Shown: positions 1-10,201, counted from the stretch's first letter. The stretch is 64,000 nucleotides of DNA from Candidatus Eiseniibacteriota bacterium (GCA_033853925.1 JAWOLC010000001.1:4658-68657); one strand, 5' to 3'. Numbers and translations are program-made. The notes: generated by a model from the letters alone, not told the origin.

Positions 1-738
1 GTGCAGATGGGGGAGGCCTGCGTTCGGCATGGCCGAGACGAACGTCCCGTCGGCCGCCTCGATCAGCTCCTCGACGACTTCGAGCGTGGCCTGCGGACCG
101 ACGCCGCAGTTGACGCCGACGATGTCCGCGCCGGCCTGGCGCAGGGCCCGCACGGCCAGGGCGGGAGCGTGGCCGTAGAGGGTCTTGCCGTCCACGCCGA
201 AGGTCATCTGGGCGACGACGGGAAGCTCGCGAGACACGCGCCGGACGGCCCGCAGCGCGGCCAGGATCTCGTTCAGGTCCTGGAAGGTCTCGAGGACGAA
301 GCAGTCCACCCCGCCTTCCAGCAGCCCTTCGACCGATTCCTGGAACCAATCCTCGGCGTCGGCCACCGCGATCTGCCCGAAGGGCTCGAGCGCCTTGCCC
401 AGCGGCCCGATCGAGCCCGCGACGAACGCGGGCACGCCCACGATCTCGCGGGCCGCCCGGGCGATGCGCGCCCCCTGGCGGGCGATCACGCGCACCTCGC
501 GCTCGAGCCCGTGCGGGGCCAGACGCACGTGGTTCGCGCCGAAGGTGTTGGTCTCGATCAGCTCCGCGCCCGCGGCCAGGTACTCGCGGTGGATGGCCTC
601 CACCAGGGCCGGGTTCGAGAGGTTGGCCTCGTCGAAGCTGCGGTCGAAGGGGACGCCGCGCTCGTAGAGCAGCGTGCCCATCGCCCCATCGGCGAGCAGC
701 GGTCCCTGCGCGAGGCGTTCCAGGAAGGGTGCCGGCAT
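1..738 (-). CDS. Homocysteine S-methyltransferase domain protein (N-terminal region of MetH-like methionine synthase). The gene runs off the left edge of the window (its 3' end is missing); its N-terminus lies at 738.
   Basis: Own translation of the minus strand starting at the ATG at 736-738 gives MPAPFLERLAQGPLLADGAMGTLLYERG...IETNTFGANHVRLAPHGL...VGVNCG, which is typical of the Pfam S-methyl_trans (Hcy-binding) domain. This ORF is absent from the supplied track because it runs off the window. Confidence 0.7.
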   Translation of the reverse strand, partial: MPAPFLERLAQGPLLADGAMGTLLYERGVPFDRSFDEANLSNPALVEAIHREYLAAGAELIETNTFGANHVRLAPHGLEREVRVIARQGARIARAAREIVGVPAFVAGSIGPLGKALEPFGQIAVADAEDWFQESVEGLLEGGVDCFVLETFQDLNEILAALRAVRRVSRELPVVAQMTFGVDGKTLYGHAPALAVRALRQAGADIVGVNCGVGPQATLEVVEELIEAADGTFVSAMPNAGLPHLH

Positions 739-885
739 GCTGCTCAGCCTAAGGTCCGGGGCTCGGGGCTGGCAAGCGGCGGGAGCGAGGCCCCGCGGCC
801 GGCGACGCCGCGCCGACGCATCACCCCTTCGTCAAGTCGCCGGGCGCATTGGCCACCCGAGGAGCGTCTGCTAGAGTGCCGCCCC

Positions 886-2793
886 GTGCCACCCATCGCC
901 TCACCGCGCTGCGTCCGTCCGGCCTCCTCCTCCGCGGGGCCTGCGTGTCGCGCCTGGGCGCGCGGCGCCGGGCTCGCGGCGGCCCTCGCGCTGACGCTCG
1001 CTGGTTCGCTTCCCTGCCTCGCCGTAGCCCCACCCACGCTCGCTCCCGGCGAGCTGCGCCCGGGGGAGCCGGCGGTCGTGCGCACGGTGCTGCGGGGAGA
1101 CTCGATCGAGGAGTTCCCCGCCGAGGTGGTCGGCGTGCTCTCGGGCGGCCGCGTCGAGGGGCAGCTGATCATCGCCAAGGCCACGTCCGAGCGCCTGCGG
1201 CAGATCGGCGTCGCCCAGGGCATGAGTGGCTCGCCCGTCTACGTGCGCGGGAAGCTGGTGGGGGCGCTGTCCTCGAGCTGGCTGTTCGAGCGGGAGCCCC
1301 TGTTCGGCATCACCCCGATCGGCGAGATGCTCGACGTGCTCGAGCATCCCTCGGCTTCCGTCACCGGTCCCTCGGCGGGCCCCGCGGGCGTGGATCTCGC
1401 CGCGCCCGCCGGCGAGGCGCGCTTCGGCGAGTTCCACTGGGACGAGGCCCCGCGCCCCGCGCCGCCGGAGCCCCCGCGCGCGCCGGGCCCGCTCGCGGGC
1501 ACCACCTCGGGGTCGCCGACCGCCCTGCCGATCCCGCTGGCCTGCGCGGGGCTCGCCCCGGATGCGCTGCCCGCGCTCCAGCAGTGGCTCGGCCCCCTCG
1601 GCTTCGACGCGGTGCAGGGCGGCCTCGGCGACGACGCCGGCCCGCCCGCGGCGGACCTGGCGCCCGGCTCGGCCGTGGCCGTGGACCTGCTGCGCGGCGA
1701 CCTGAGGCTGGCCGCGATCGGCACGCTCACCTGGCGCGACGGCGACCGCGTGCTGCTCTTCGGCCACCCGTTCTTCCAGTCCGGCGACGTGCGCCTGCCT
1801 CTGTCCACCGCGCGCATCACCACGGTGATCGCCAGCGACTACGTCTCCTTCAAGATGGGCACGCCCGGCCGCGAGGTGGGAGTGGTGACGCAGGACAGGC
1901 ACTCGGGCGTGGCCGGCGTGCTCGGTCCCCGCGCGCGCCTGCTGCCCTTCACCGTGCGCATCCGGGGCACGCTGCCCGAGCCGCGGGACTTCCACTTCCA
2001 GATGGTCGAGGACCGCGTGCTGGCGCCCCAGCTCGCCTCGGCCGCCATCCTCAACAGCCTGCTCGAATCGGGAGGCACCGCCGCGAACCAGACCGTGCGC
2101 TGGACGCTCACCCTCCGTCGTCACGGCGCCGCTCCGCTGATGCTGAGCGACGTCGAGGCCGAGGACGCGCCGCTCACGGCGACGGCGAGCGCCATCGGCG
2201 CGCCCCTGGGCTTCCTCTTCGGCAACCCGTACGAGCGGCTCCAGCTCGACAGCCTCGACCTGACGGTGCAGGTGGAGCCGGGACGCGAGCTGTGGACGCT
2301 GCGCGAGGCGCGGCTCCTCGAGGCGGCCGTGCGCCCCGGCGGGCTCGCCCACGTGGAGTGCCGGCTCGAGCGCTGGCGCGGTCCGACCGAGACGCGCGTT
2401 CTCGAGGTGCCCGTCGCCCAGGAGCTGCCGGACGGCCGTTACGCGCTGTGGGTGGGCGGCGGCGCCGAGCTGTCACGCACGGAGGCCGCGCGCTTCCCCG
2501 CGCGCTACGTGCCGGTGTCGCTCGATGACGCCTGGCGGCGCCTCGCGCGGCTGCATCCCTCGGACGCTCTCTACGGGGTCATCCTGGCCAGTGCGCCCGA
2601 CGTGACGGCGGGAGGGCGCGACTACCCCGAACTGCCCTCCTCGGCGGCGGCCGTGCTCTCGAGCGGGCTGGTCATGCGCAGCACGGCGCGTCGCGCCGAC
2701 GCGGCGATGCTCGGAGAGACGCGCCTGCCGCTCCCGGGCGCGACCCAGGGCGAGTTGCAGCTCATCCTCACCGTGGATTCCAAGGCTCCATGA
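886..2793 (+). CDS. Secreted trypsin-fold serine peptidase, SpoIVB/S55-like. The start is uncertain; GTG at 886 was chosen.
   Basis: Frame-1 translation has a signal-like stretch GAGLAAALALTLAGSLPCLAVAP and a GMSGSPVYVRGKLVGALS catalytic-serine motif. It is part of the 1..2793 ORF, but the region upstream of about 880 is antisense to the MetH-like gene. The stop TGA at 2791-2793 overlaps the next start (ATGA). Confidence 0.5.
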   Translation: MPPIASPRCVRPASSSAGPACRAWARGAGLAAALALTLAGSLPCLAVAPPTLAPGELRPGEPAVVRTVLRGDSIEEFPAEVVGVLSGGRVEGQLIIAKATSERLRQIGVAQGMSGSPVYVRGKLVGALSSSWLFEREPLFGITPIGEMLDVLEHPSASVTGPSAGPAGVDLAAPAGEARFGEFHWDEAPRPAPPEPPRAPGPLAGTTSGSPTALPIPLACAGLAPDALPALQQWLGPLGFDAVQGGLGDDAGPPAADLAPGSAVAVDLLRGDLRLAAIGTLTWRDGDRVLLFGHPFFQSGDVRLPLSTARITTVIASDYVSFKMGTPGREVGVVTQDRHSGVAGVLGPRARLLPFTVRIRGTLPEPRDFHFQMVEDRVLAPQLASAAILNSLLESGGTAANQTVRWTLTLRRHGAAPLMLSDVEAEDAPLTATASAIGAPLGFLFGNPYERLQLDSLDLTVQVEPGRELWTLREARLLEAAVRPGGLAHVECRLERWRGPTETRVLEVPVAQELPDGRYALWVGGGAELSRTEAARFPARYVPVSLDDAWRRLARLHPSDALYGVILASAPDVTAGGRDYPELPSSAAAVLSSGLVMRSTARRADAAMLGETRLPLPGATQGELQLILTVDSKAP

Positions 2794-4967
2794 GCCGGGG
2801 AGGCACCTTGCGCGATGTCCCGTGGCGCGCGGCCGCGAACCGTGCGTCGGCCTTCTGGGCGGCCGTGACGCTGGCGCTTGTCGGCGCGGCGCCCGCGGCC
2901 GCGTCCGACACGCAGTGGTGGATTCTCGACAGCCCCCCCGACTACGCCAAGTCCGAGGCTCGCGGCGTGGTCGTGCAGCCGGACGGCTCCCTCGCCCTCG
3001 GACCGCGGGCGCTCTCGACCCGGCTCGACAGCCTCACGATCGTCTGGTCCCTGGCCGAGCTGGGAGACGGCTCGTTGGCTCTGGCGGGCGATCACGGGCT
3101 CGTCCTGCGGCGCGCGCCCGGCGGCGAGACCAAGGTCTGGGCCCGGCTCGGCTCGGGGCAGGTGCTCTGCCTGGCCCCGGACGGCGACGGGGCGGTGGCG
3201 GGCACGGGCCCCGACGGGCTCGTCTACCGCATCTCGGCCCGCGGCGACACCACCCTGCTCGCGCGCACGGGAGAGCGCTACGTCTGGGGCCTGGCCCCGG
3301 CCGGGCGCGGGGCCTGGTACGCGGCCACAGGCACGCGCGGCCGCCTGCTGCGCCTCGAGGGCGGCAAGGTCCGCGTCATCGCCGACACCGACGAGAGCAA
3401 CCTGGTCTCGATCCTGGCCGACGGCCAGGGGGGCGTGCTCGCGGGGGGCGACTCGGAGGGACGCATCCTGCATGCGCGCGCCGACGGCTCCCTGCGCACC
3501 GTCTTCGACGCGAGCGAGAGCGAGGTCCGCTCCCTGGCCTGGGGCCCGGACGGCGCGCTCTACGCCGCCGCCCTGAGCAGTCCTGCGACCAGCGGCGACG
3601 AGAAGGAGGGCGAGCCGAGCCCCGTCAAGACCCCGCCGAGCGGCGGGCGGGCCACGATCTACCGTATCGTCCCCGATTCCTCCGCGGCCTCCTGGTGGGT
3701 CGCGCCCCAACCTCTCGTCTTCGCCCTCACGGGGATCGGGACCGCGGGCGGGCGCGGAGGCGTTGCGGGCGGCTGGCGGGGACTCGTGGCCGCCACGGGC
3801 GATCGCGCCGCGGTCTACCTCGTCGAGCGGGCGGGCGGCGCGACCCAGTGGCTCGCCCTGCCGGAAGGTCAGGTCACGGCGCTGGCGGTGGACCCGCGGG
3901 GGCAGGTCTACGCCGCCACCTCGAATCCGGCGGCTCTCTGGCAGCTCGGCCCGGAGCGCGCGCCCAAGGGCGAGCTGCTCTCGATGGCCTTGGACGCCCG
4001 GCGCTTCGCGCGCTTCGGCCTGCTGCAATGGCGCGGTGAGGCGGGGGGCGGGCGGGTGACGCTGGCCGCCCGTTGCGGCAACACCGATCCGGCCGACACG
4101 ACCTGGAGCGACTGGGAATCGGTCGGCCAGGGCGGCGCCCTGCATCTGCCCGCGGCTCGCTACCTGCAATGGCGGGTGACGCTCGAGGGGGGCAACCCGC
4201 ACGTCGAGTCGGTGGAGACCGCCTGGCGCGAGCAGAATCAGGCGCCTCGCGTCGAGGACGTGCTCGTCGCCCCGCAGGGCGAGGGCTTCCGCGAGGGCGA
4301 GCTGCAGCCGCATGTGGAGCCCATCACCCAGACCCTGCCGGGAGGCCAGCGCGTGGAGTACAGCGCACCCCAGGCCGGGACCCTGCGCCAGCTCCGAGAC
4401 CTCCCGATGTGGGCGCGGGGCCTGCGCACGATCCAGTGGCGCGCGTCCGATCCCAACGGCGACCCGCTCCACTTCCGCATCGAGGCGCGGCCGGAGCCGG
4501 CGGGCGCGTGGACGCTGGTGGCCAAGGACCTGGACCAGACGAGCTACACGTGGGACACGAACGCCCTCCCCGATGGTCGCTACCGGGTGCGCGTCACCGC
4601 GAGCGACGCCGAAGGGAACGCCGTGGGGGAGGAGTTGACCGGCGAAGGGCTGAGCCAGCCCTTCGCGGTGGACAACACTCCGCCCGAGATCACCTCGCTC
4701 GAGGCCCGCGGCGAGCCGCGAGCCCTGGTGGTGACGGGGCAGGCGCGAGACCTGGCGAGCCCGCTCCAGCGGGTCGAGGTCTCGCTCGACGACGGTCCGT
4801 GGCGCCCGGTCACGCCGGAGGGCGGCTTCACCGACCAGCGCCAGCACTCGTTCCGGGCGCGCCTCGGCGACGTGCCCCCGGGCGAGCACACGGTGAGCGT
4901 GCGTGCCGTGGACCTGGTGGGCAATCCCGCCGTGCGGGCCGTGCACGCGACCGTGCCTGCACGGTAG
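2790..4967 (+). CDS. Secreted beta-propeller protein with C-terminal Y_Y_Y/Ig-like domains. It resembles the periplasmic sensor part of hybrid two-component regulators but has no kinase.
   Basis: The N-terminal signal peptide is AFWAAVTLALVGAAPAAAS. Repeated G-rich blade-like segments follow. The C-terminal motifs YTWDTNALPDGRYRVRVTASDAEGN and TVSVRAVDLVGN resemble the Y_Y_Y domain. Translationally coupled to the upstream peptidase gene. Confidence 0.55.
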   Translation: MSRGGTLRDVPWRAAANRASAFWAAVTLALVGAAPAAASDTQWWILDSPPDYAKSEARGVVVQPDGSLALGPRALSTRLDSLTIVWSLAELGDGSLALAGDHGLVLRRAPGGETKVWARLGSGQVLCLAPDGDGAVAGTGPDGLVYRISARGDTTLLARTGERYVWGLAPAGRGAWYAATGTRGRLLRLEGGKVRVIADTDESNLVSILADGQGGVLAGGDSEGRILHARADGSLRTVFDASESEVRSLAWGPDGALYAAALSSPATSGDEKEGEPSPVKTPPSGGRATIYRIVPDSSAASWWVAPQPLVFALTGIGTAGGRGGVAGGWRGLVAATGDRAAVYLVERAGGATQWLALPEGQVTALAVDPRGQVYAATSNPAALWQLGPERAPKGELLSMALDARRFARFGLLQWRGEAGGGRVTLAARCGNTDPADTTWSDWESVGQGGALHLPAARYLQWRVTLEGGNPHVESVETAWREQNQAPRVEDVLVAPQGEGFREGELQPHVEPITQTLPGGQRVEYSAPQAGTLRQLRDLPMWARGLRTIQWRASDPNGDPLHFRIEARPEPAGAWTLVAKDLDQTSYTWDTNALPDGRYRVRVTASDAEGNAVGEELTGEGLSQPFAVDNTPPEITSLEARGEPRALVVTGQARDLASPLQRVEVSLDDGPWRPVTPEGGFTDQRQHSFRARLGDVPPGEHTVSVRAVDLVGNPAVRAVHATVPAR

Positions 4968-4999
4968 CAGCGCGGCGAGACTCGAGAGAAGGAGAGGCC

Positions 5000-5422
5000 A
5001 TGCAGGTCCAGCGCACCCGCTACGGCTACGGCGTCCGCCTCGAGACCGGCGAGGAGATCGTCACCGCGCTCACGGAGTTCGCGCGCCGGGAGAACGTCCG
5101 CGCCGGGCTCCTCTCGGGGCTGGGTGCCATGGGCGAGTGCGAGCTGGGCTTCTTCGTGCGGCCGACGAAGCAGTACGTGCGCCGCGTCTTCACGGGGGAG
5201 CACGAGATCGGCGCGCTCACGGGGAACCTCAGCGAGCTGGACGGCCAGCCCTTCCCGCACTGCCACGTGCTCATCGCGGGCGAGGATCTCGTGGCCTGGA
5301 CCGGGCATCTCTTCCGCGGCGTCGTCACCCTGACGTGCGAGGTCCAGGTCGTCTCCGACCCCGGCGTCTTCAAGCGCGTGCGCCGGCCGGAGCTGGGCTT
5401 CAACCCGCTCGAGCTGGGCTGA
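5000..5422 (+). CDS. PPC (DUF296) domain DNA-binding protein
   Basis: ATG at 5000 follows the RBS GAAGGAGAGG. The 140-aa product is MQVQRTRYGYGVRLETGEEIVTALTEFARRENVRAGLLSGLGAMGECELGFF...GQPFPHCHVLIAG, which fits the PPC/DUF296 fold. The 4073..5422 track ORF is the spurious upstream extension of this frame. Confidence 0.65.
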   Translation: MQVQRTRYGYGVRLETGEEIVTALTEFARRENVRAGLLSGLGAMGECELGFFVRPTKQYVRRVFTGEHEIGALTGNLSELDGQPFPHCHVLIAGEDLVAWTGHLFRGVVTLTCEVQVVSDPGVFKRVRRPELGFNPLELG

Positions 5423-5431
5423 GGCTCCGGG

Positions 5432-6096
5432 CTAGGGAGCCGCCGGGAGACCTCCCGCCCCGCCCGCGGAGGCTGGATCCACGACGTACGCCCGGCCGAG
5501 CAGTGCCCGCTTCTCGGGATCGGGGCCGCCACGGCCGGCCAGGACCTCGGCGCGGCCGCCCAGGCGTCCGATGGACTCCGCCACGTCGAGCCCGCGGATC
5601 ACGTGCCCGAAGACCGTGTAGCCCGCTCGATCCAGGGCCGGCTGGTCCGACAACAGGATGAAGAACTGGCTGCCGCTCGACTCCCGCCCCGGATTCGCCT
5701 CGTCCGGGAGCCGGGCGGCGACCAGGGCGCCACGCACGCACGGCAGCTCGATCTCGGGCGCCAGCGTGTAGCCCGGGCCGCCCAGGCCGTCGTCGCGCGG
5801 ATCGGCGTTCTTCGTGTTCGGATCCCCGCCCTGGATCTTGAAGCCGGGGAAGGCGACGTGGAAGTACGTACCGTCGTAGAAGCCCTGCCGAACGAGCCGC
5901 AGGAAGTTGCCCGCGGTCCTGGGCGCCGTCTGCTCGTCGAGCTGCAGGACGATCCTGCCGCGCACGGTCTCGAGGATCACGACGGGGCCGCTATCGGACG
6001 GGGCGGGCGCGTGGGTCGCGCCCGCTTCGGGCAGGACGGCCGAGTCCGCAGCCGCGGCCGGCGACGCGGCCGCCGCCAGCGCGACGAACAACGAGC
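5432..6096 (-). CDS. ppiA: Peptidyl-prolyl cis-trans isomerase, cyclophilin type, with signal peptide (periplasmic)
   Basis: Minus-strand ATG at 6094-6096 follows an RBS GGGAAGGGA. The product is MLSCSLFVALAAAASPAAAADS... followed by VVILETVRGRIVLQLDEQTAPRTAGNFLRLVRQGFYDGTYFHV...GSQFFI, which is the cyclophilin signature. Confidence 0.85.
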
Positions 6097-6207
6097 ACGA
6101 GAGCATGGAATCCCTTCCCGGGTGGAGGTGGCCGCCGGTCCCTGGCGCCGGCCGTGCTCCGCAGTCTAGGAACCGACCGGCCAGGGGGTCAAGCCCCGCC
6201 AAGCCTG

Positions 6208-7002
6208 CTATAATGTCGTGCCGATTCTGCGCGGTAGGGGCGGCGAATCGGGCGCCTTCAGGGCGGCGACGCTCCAGAGGCGGCCCGTGCGGCCCGCATC
6301 GCGCCGATGGGAGAAGTACCAGTACGGCTCGCAGGCCGTGCAGGCGCCCGTGTCCTCGAGGGCCTCGGGCGGCAGCCCCGCTTCCTCGAGCTGGAGCCGG
6401 GCCACCGCGGGCAGATCGAGGTAGAGATGCCCGCTCGCGCGCCTCTGGGCCGCGGCGGGAAAGCGTCGAGCCACGTCGGAGCCGACCTCGTAGCAGCAGG
6501 AGCGGATGCAGGGTCCGAGGACCACGCGCACCCGCCGCGGCGGAAGCTGCACCGCGGCGCACAGCGCACGCAGGGTCGCCGCGGGGGCTCCCGCCAGGGC
6601 GCCGCGCCAGCCGGCGTGAGCCACCGCGACGGCACCCGGGGCCGCGTAGAGGAGGCCCATGCAGTCGGCAGTCGAAACCGCCAGGGAGATGCCGGGCGTG
6701 ACGGTGAGCAGCGCGTCGCAGCCGCTCACGTGACCGGGATGCGAGACGAGGCGCGCATCCGCCCCGTGCACCTGCCCGGCGCTCGCCAGGGAGGTGAGCC
6801 GGAGGCCGAGGCTGCCGAGGAGCCGGGCTCGGTTCTCGGCCACGGCCTCGGGCCGGTCTCCCACGGAGAGCCCCAGGTTGAGAGAGTCCCAGGGCGGAGC
6901 GCTGGCGCCGCCGCGGCGGGTCGAGAACGCCAGCACGAACGCGGGATCGGCAGGCTGCGGGCGCCAGGCCGGAACGGGGGCGTCACGATCCAGGTTCCAC
7001 AT
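6208..7002 (-). CDS. pgeF: Peptidoglycan editing factor PgeF / YfiH (DUF152) family purine nucleoside phosphorylase/laccase-like protein
   Basis: 264-aa ORF with DUF152/YfiH-type sequence (GQVHGADARLVSHPG...ADCMGLLYAAPGAVAVAHAGWRG...CTACEPYWYFSHRRD). It lies upstream of, and on the same strand as, the cyclophilin gene. Confidence 0.8.
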   Translation of the reverse strand: MWNLDRDAPVPAWRPQPADPAFVLAFSTRRGGASAPPWDSLNLGLSVGDRPEAVAENRARLLGSLGLRLTSLASAGQVHGADARLVSHPGHVSGCDALLTVTPGISLAVSTADCMGLLYAAPGAVAVAHAGWRGALAGAPAATLRALCAAVQLPPRRVRVVLGPCIRSCCYEVGSDVARRFPAAAQRRASGHLYLDLPAVARLQLEEAGLPPEALEDTGACTACEPYWYFSHRRDAGRTGRLWSVAALKAPDSPPLPRRIGTTL

Positions 7003-7048
7003 GGAGAGGTCACAAGCTAGAGAAGCGCCCGGGGAAGCGTCAAGGCGG

Positions 7049-10000
7049 ATGGCCGCGAAGGGAGTGCTCCGGATGAGTCAGTCGAGGTGGCGGGCCGTGA
7101 TGGCGATCGTGGTCACGTTGCTGGTGGCGGCAGGCATGGCGGTGGCGCAGGTGGCGCCGCCCAAGGGCGCGGCGCGTCCGGCCCAGGCTCCCCCTCCACC
7201 TCCCGCGGTGGCGACCGTGGGCGCCCTGCGCATCACCCAGACCGAGCTGGATCAGCGGGTCCAGCAGGCTCTCGCCGAGTACAAGGGCCGGACCACGACC
7301 GAGGTCCCGCCGGAGGTCATGCCGATCGTGCGCCGGCAGATCCTCGAGGGCCTGATCCGCCGCGACCTGCTCGTCCTCGAGGCGCGCCGCCGCGGCCTGC
7401 AGGCCACCGAGCAGGAGGCCGAGGCCCAGCTCCAGAAGGACCCCTTCTTCCAGGTCAACGGCAAGTTCGACGCCGCCCGCTTCAATCAGGTCCGCCTGCA
7501 GAACCCCGCCGTCTTCGCGAGCGCGATCCAGACGCTGCGGACGAGCCTGGCGGCCCAGAAGCTGATGCGCCAGCTCCAGGCGGAGAAGGGCCCCTCCGAG
7601 GCGACCCTGCGTGCCCGGGCGCGCCGCGAGCTGATGCGCGTCGACGTCGACTACCTGGCGGTGCGCCGCAGCGAGTTCGACGGCAACTACCCCGAGCCGC
7701 GCGAGAGCGAGATCCTCGACTACTATCGCGGCCATGCCAAGGAGTTCGAGCGACCCCAGCGCGCCCTGCTCTCCATCGTCTTCGTGGACCAGCCGGCTCT
7801 GCCGGACTCGGAGGCCGCGGTCCCCGCCGAGGTCACGGCCTGGAACGCGCGCATGAAGCAGCGAGCGGACAGCATCCTCGCGGGCGTCAAGGCGGGCCGG
7901 AAGCTCGAGGAGCTGACGGCGCCGTTCGGCGGACCACGCCCCAACCAGATCGCCTTGCCCGGCAACTTCCCCGGGTTCTGGGGGGGCAACCAGGCGGTGA
8001 ATCAGTCCGTCTTCACGGCCGCGCCCGGCACGATCCTGCCCGAGGCCGTCCCGGGGCAGCACGGCTGGCTCGTGGCCCGGGTGGACCGGGTGGAGCCCGC
8101 GCACGTGGCGGCGTTCCGCGAGGTCGCACGCGAGATTCGCGCGCGGCTGCGCAACGAGCGACGCCAGGGATTCGAGGAGCAGGGGTTGCGGGCGCTCTAC
8201 GAGACCCTGCGGGACAGTCTGAAGACGACCGGCTACCGCCTGCGCTACGCGGTCGTGGACTCGGCCTCGATCGATCCCGGCCAACCCGGCCCGGCCGACC
8301 TGGACCGCTATTACCGCGCGCACCTGGCCGACTACTCCTCGTTCAGCAGCCAGCAGGGCGGCGTGACCACGAAGCCGTTCGCCGAAGTCCGTGACGACGT
8401 GCAGGCCCGCTGGCTGCGCGAGCGCCGTGCCGAGCTGGCGCGCAGCCGGGCCGAGGATCTGCGCGACGCGTGGACCCGAGGCAAGCGCGACCCCGCCCTC
8501 GAGCAGCGCCTGCGCGTGCGCGAGGCGGGCCCGCTGCCGCTGGGCGTGCCGGTGGATTCGAGCGTGGCCGGGCGGCTGATCGCCGATTCCCTGGCCGCCC
8601 GGGCCGGCGCCACGGACCCGGGTCTGGCCCGGAGCGGCGACACCTGGGCCGTGTTCCAGGTGCTCGCCCGCGTGCCCGACTACGTGCCCAGCTTCGCCCA
8701 GGCCCGCCCGAGGCTGGTCGAGCGCTTCCGCGCCCGGCGGCAGGCCGAGGACGAGGACGGCGCCCGGAAGCTGTTCGAGGCCTCCCCGCGCGAATTCCAG
8801 TCCGGCAACGTGGTCCACTACTCCCGGGTGATGGTGGCGCCGCCCTCGGTGCTGCGCGTGCCGCTCACCCACGGCGAGGTCGAGCGCTACTATCGCGAGC
8901 ACATCGAGAAGTACTCGGCCGCCGAGCTGGTGAGCGCCCAGCACATCCTCATCAGCCCGCGCGACCGCACGGCCGCGGCCGACCGCGAGGCGCGCGCCCG
9001 CGCCGACAGCATCCTCGCGGTCCTGCGGGCGGGCGCGGACTTCGCCACCGTGGCCGGGCAGACCACGGACGACCCCGCCACCCGCGAGAACGGGGGCGAC
9101 CTCGGCACGTTCGGGCGGGGCGCCATGCTCCCCGAGTTCGAGCGGGCGGCGTTCGCCATGCGGGCGGGGGACCTGAGCCGCGAGCCGGTGCGCACGTCCG
9201 TCGGCTACCACATCATCAAGGTCTACGACTACCGCCCTCTGAGCACGAACCCGCTGGCGCACGTCTACTCGAACGTGAGCTCCGACGCGGCCGAGGTGAA
9301 GGCCGACTCGTTGAACCGGGTGCAGGCGGACAGCCTGTGGCGCAGCCTGAAGAGCGCCGCCGCGGCCCGCCTGGCCGCCAAGCACATGGGCCTGAGCATC
9401 AGCTCCTACGACCACGTGATCGGCCAGCAGGAGCGAGCGCCCCAGGACGTGCAACCCTACTTCCGCAGGCTGGAGAGCGTGAAGGCGGGAGCGATGTACC
9501 CGGGCATCCAGCAGTTCAAGGGCATGGGCTTCGCCGTCACCTGGGTGGACAGCGTCACCCCGCCGCGCACGCCCACCTGGGACGAGGCCCGCGAGAAGGC
9601 GGTGGAGGTGTACCGCGAGGGCGCGGGAACGCGCGCGCTGAACGCCAAGCTCGCCGAGCTGGACTCCCTGATGCAGGCTGGCTGGACGCTGGACAGCCTG
9701 GCCGCGGGCTGGGGCGGGCTCGTCCACAGCGCGGACTACTCGCCCGGGACGCGTCTGGCCGGCGTGGGCACGAGCGGCCTGCTCGACAGCCTCATCTTCG
9801 GCTCCGGGCGGGCAGCCGGGCTCACCCCGGGCCGGCCGAGCGCCTGGGTCCGGTTGCCCGGCGGGGCCCTTCGCCTGCGTGTCGGCGAGGTGCGGAGCCC
9901 GGACGCCAACGCGGTCACGACCCGGATCGAGACCCTGCGCAGCTCGGAGACCGAGGCCGCGCTCTTCGGCTACTTCGACGTGCTCAAGAAGCGCTTTCCG

Positions 10001-10066
10001 GTGCGCATCCTCGACCGGAAGCTGCGCGACGCGATGCTGCCGCAGACCGTGAACCCCGCGCGCTGA
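7049..10066 (+). CDS. Periplasmic chaperone / peptidyl-prolyl isomerase of the PpiD/SurA family (parvulin domain)
   Basis: In-frame ATG at 7049 (MAAKGVLRMSQSRWRAVMAIVVTLLVAAGMAVAQ, a signal/anchor). A parvulin PPIase domain is present (AQHILISPRD...GGDLGTFGRGAMLPEFERAAFAM...GYHIIKV). At 1005 aa it is longer than typical PpiD. Confidence 0.7.
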   Translation: MAAKGVLRMSQSRWRAVMAIVVTLLVAAGMAVAQVAPPKGAARPAQAPPPPPAVATVGALRITQTELDQRVQQALAEYKGRTTTEVPPEVMPIVRRQILEGLIRRDLLVLEARRRGLQATEQEAEAQLQKDPFFQVNGKFDAARFNQVRLQNPAVFASAIQTLRTSLAAQKLMRQLQAEKGPSEATLRARARRELMRVDVDYLAVRRSEFDGNYPEPRESEILDYYRGHAKEFERPQRALLSIVFVDQPALPDSEAAVPAEVTAWNARMKQRADSILAGVKAGRKLEELTAPFGGPRPNQIALPGNFPGFWGGNQAVNQSVFTAAPGTILPEAVPGQHGWLVARVDRVEPAHVAAFREVAREIRARLRNERRQGFEEQGLRALYETLRDSLKTTGYRLRYAVVDSASIDPGQPGPADLDRYYRAHLADYSSFSSQQGGVTTKPFAEVRDDVQARWLRERRAELARSRAEDLRDAWTRGKRDPALEQRLRVREAGPLPLGVPVDSSVAGRLIADSLAARAGATDPGLARSGDTWAVFQVLARVPDYVPSFAQARPRLVERFRARRQAEDEDGARKLFEASPREFQSGNVVHYSRVMVAPPSVLRVPLTHGEVERYYREHIEKYSAAELVSAQHILISPRDRTAAADREARARADSILAVLRAGADFATVAGQTTDDPATRENGGDLGTFGRGAMLPEFERAAFAMRAGDLSREPVRTSVGYHIIKVYDYRPLSTNPLAHVYSNVSSDAAEVKADSLNRVQADSLWRSLKSAAAARLAAKHMGLSISSYDHVIGQQERAPQDVQPYFRRLESVKAGAMYPGIQQFKGMGFAVTWVDSVTPPRTPTWDEAREKAVEVYREGAGTRALNAKLAELDSLMQAGWTLDSLAAGWGGLVHSADYSPGTRLAGVGTSGLLDSLIFGSGRAAGLTPGRPSAWVRLPGGALRLRVGEVRSPDANAVTTRIETLRSSETEAALFGYFDVLKKRFPVRILDRKLRDAMLPQTVNPAR

Positions 10067-10201
10067 GCCCGCGGCCGCCGCCGCCACCGCGGCCGCCAAT
10101 CCGCAACCCGGCCGGGCATTCCGCACGGCGCGCGCGTGGCGCGACGCGCGCGCGCGGGCGCCGAAGCACGCCTCGGCGCGGGCGGGCGCGCGCGCGGGCG
10201 A

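Noticed and set aside
1-2793. A 930-aa plus-strand ORF spanning the left edge, and the alternative-frame 559-aa ORF 849..2528
   Set aside because: The first roughly 740 nt of the frame-1 ORF are antisense to the clearly recognisable MetH-like homocysteine methyltransferase domain on the minus strand. Only the portion from about 886 onward (the S55-like peptidase) is coding. 849..2528 is an Arg-rich out-of-frame shadow.
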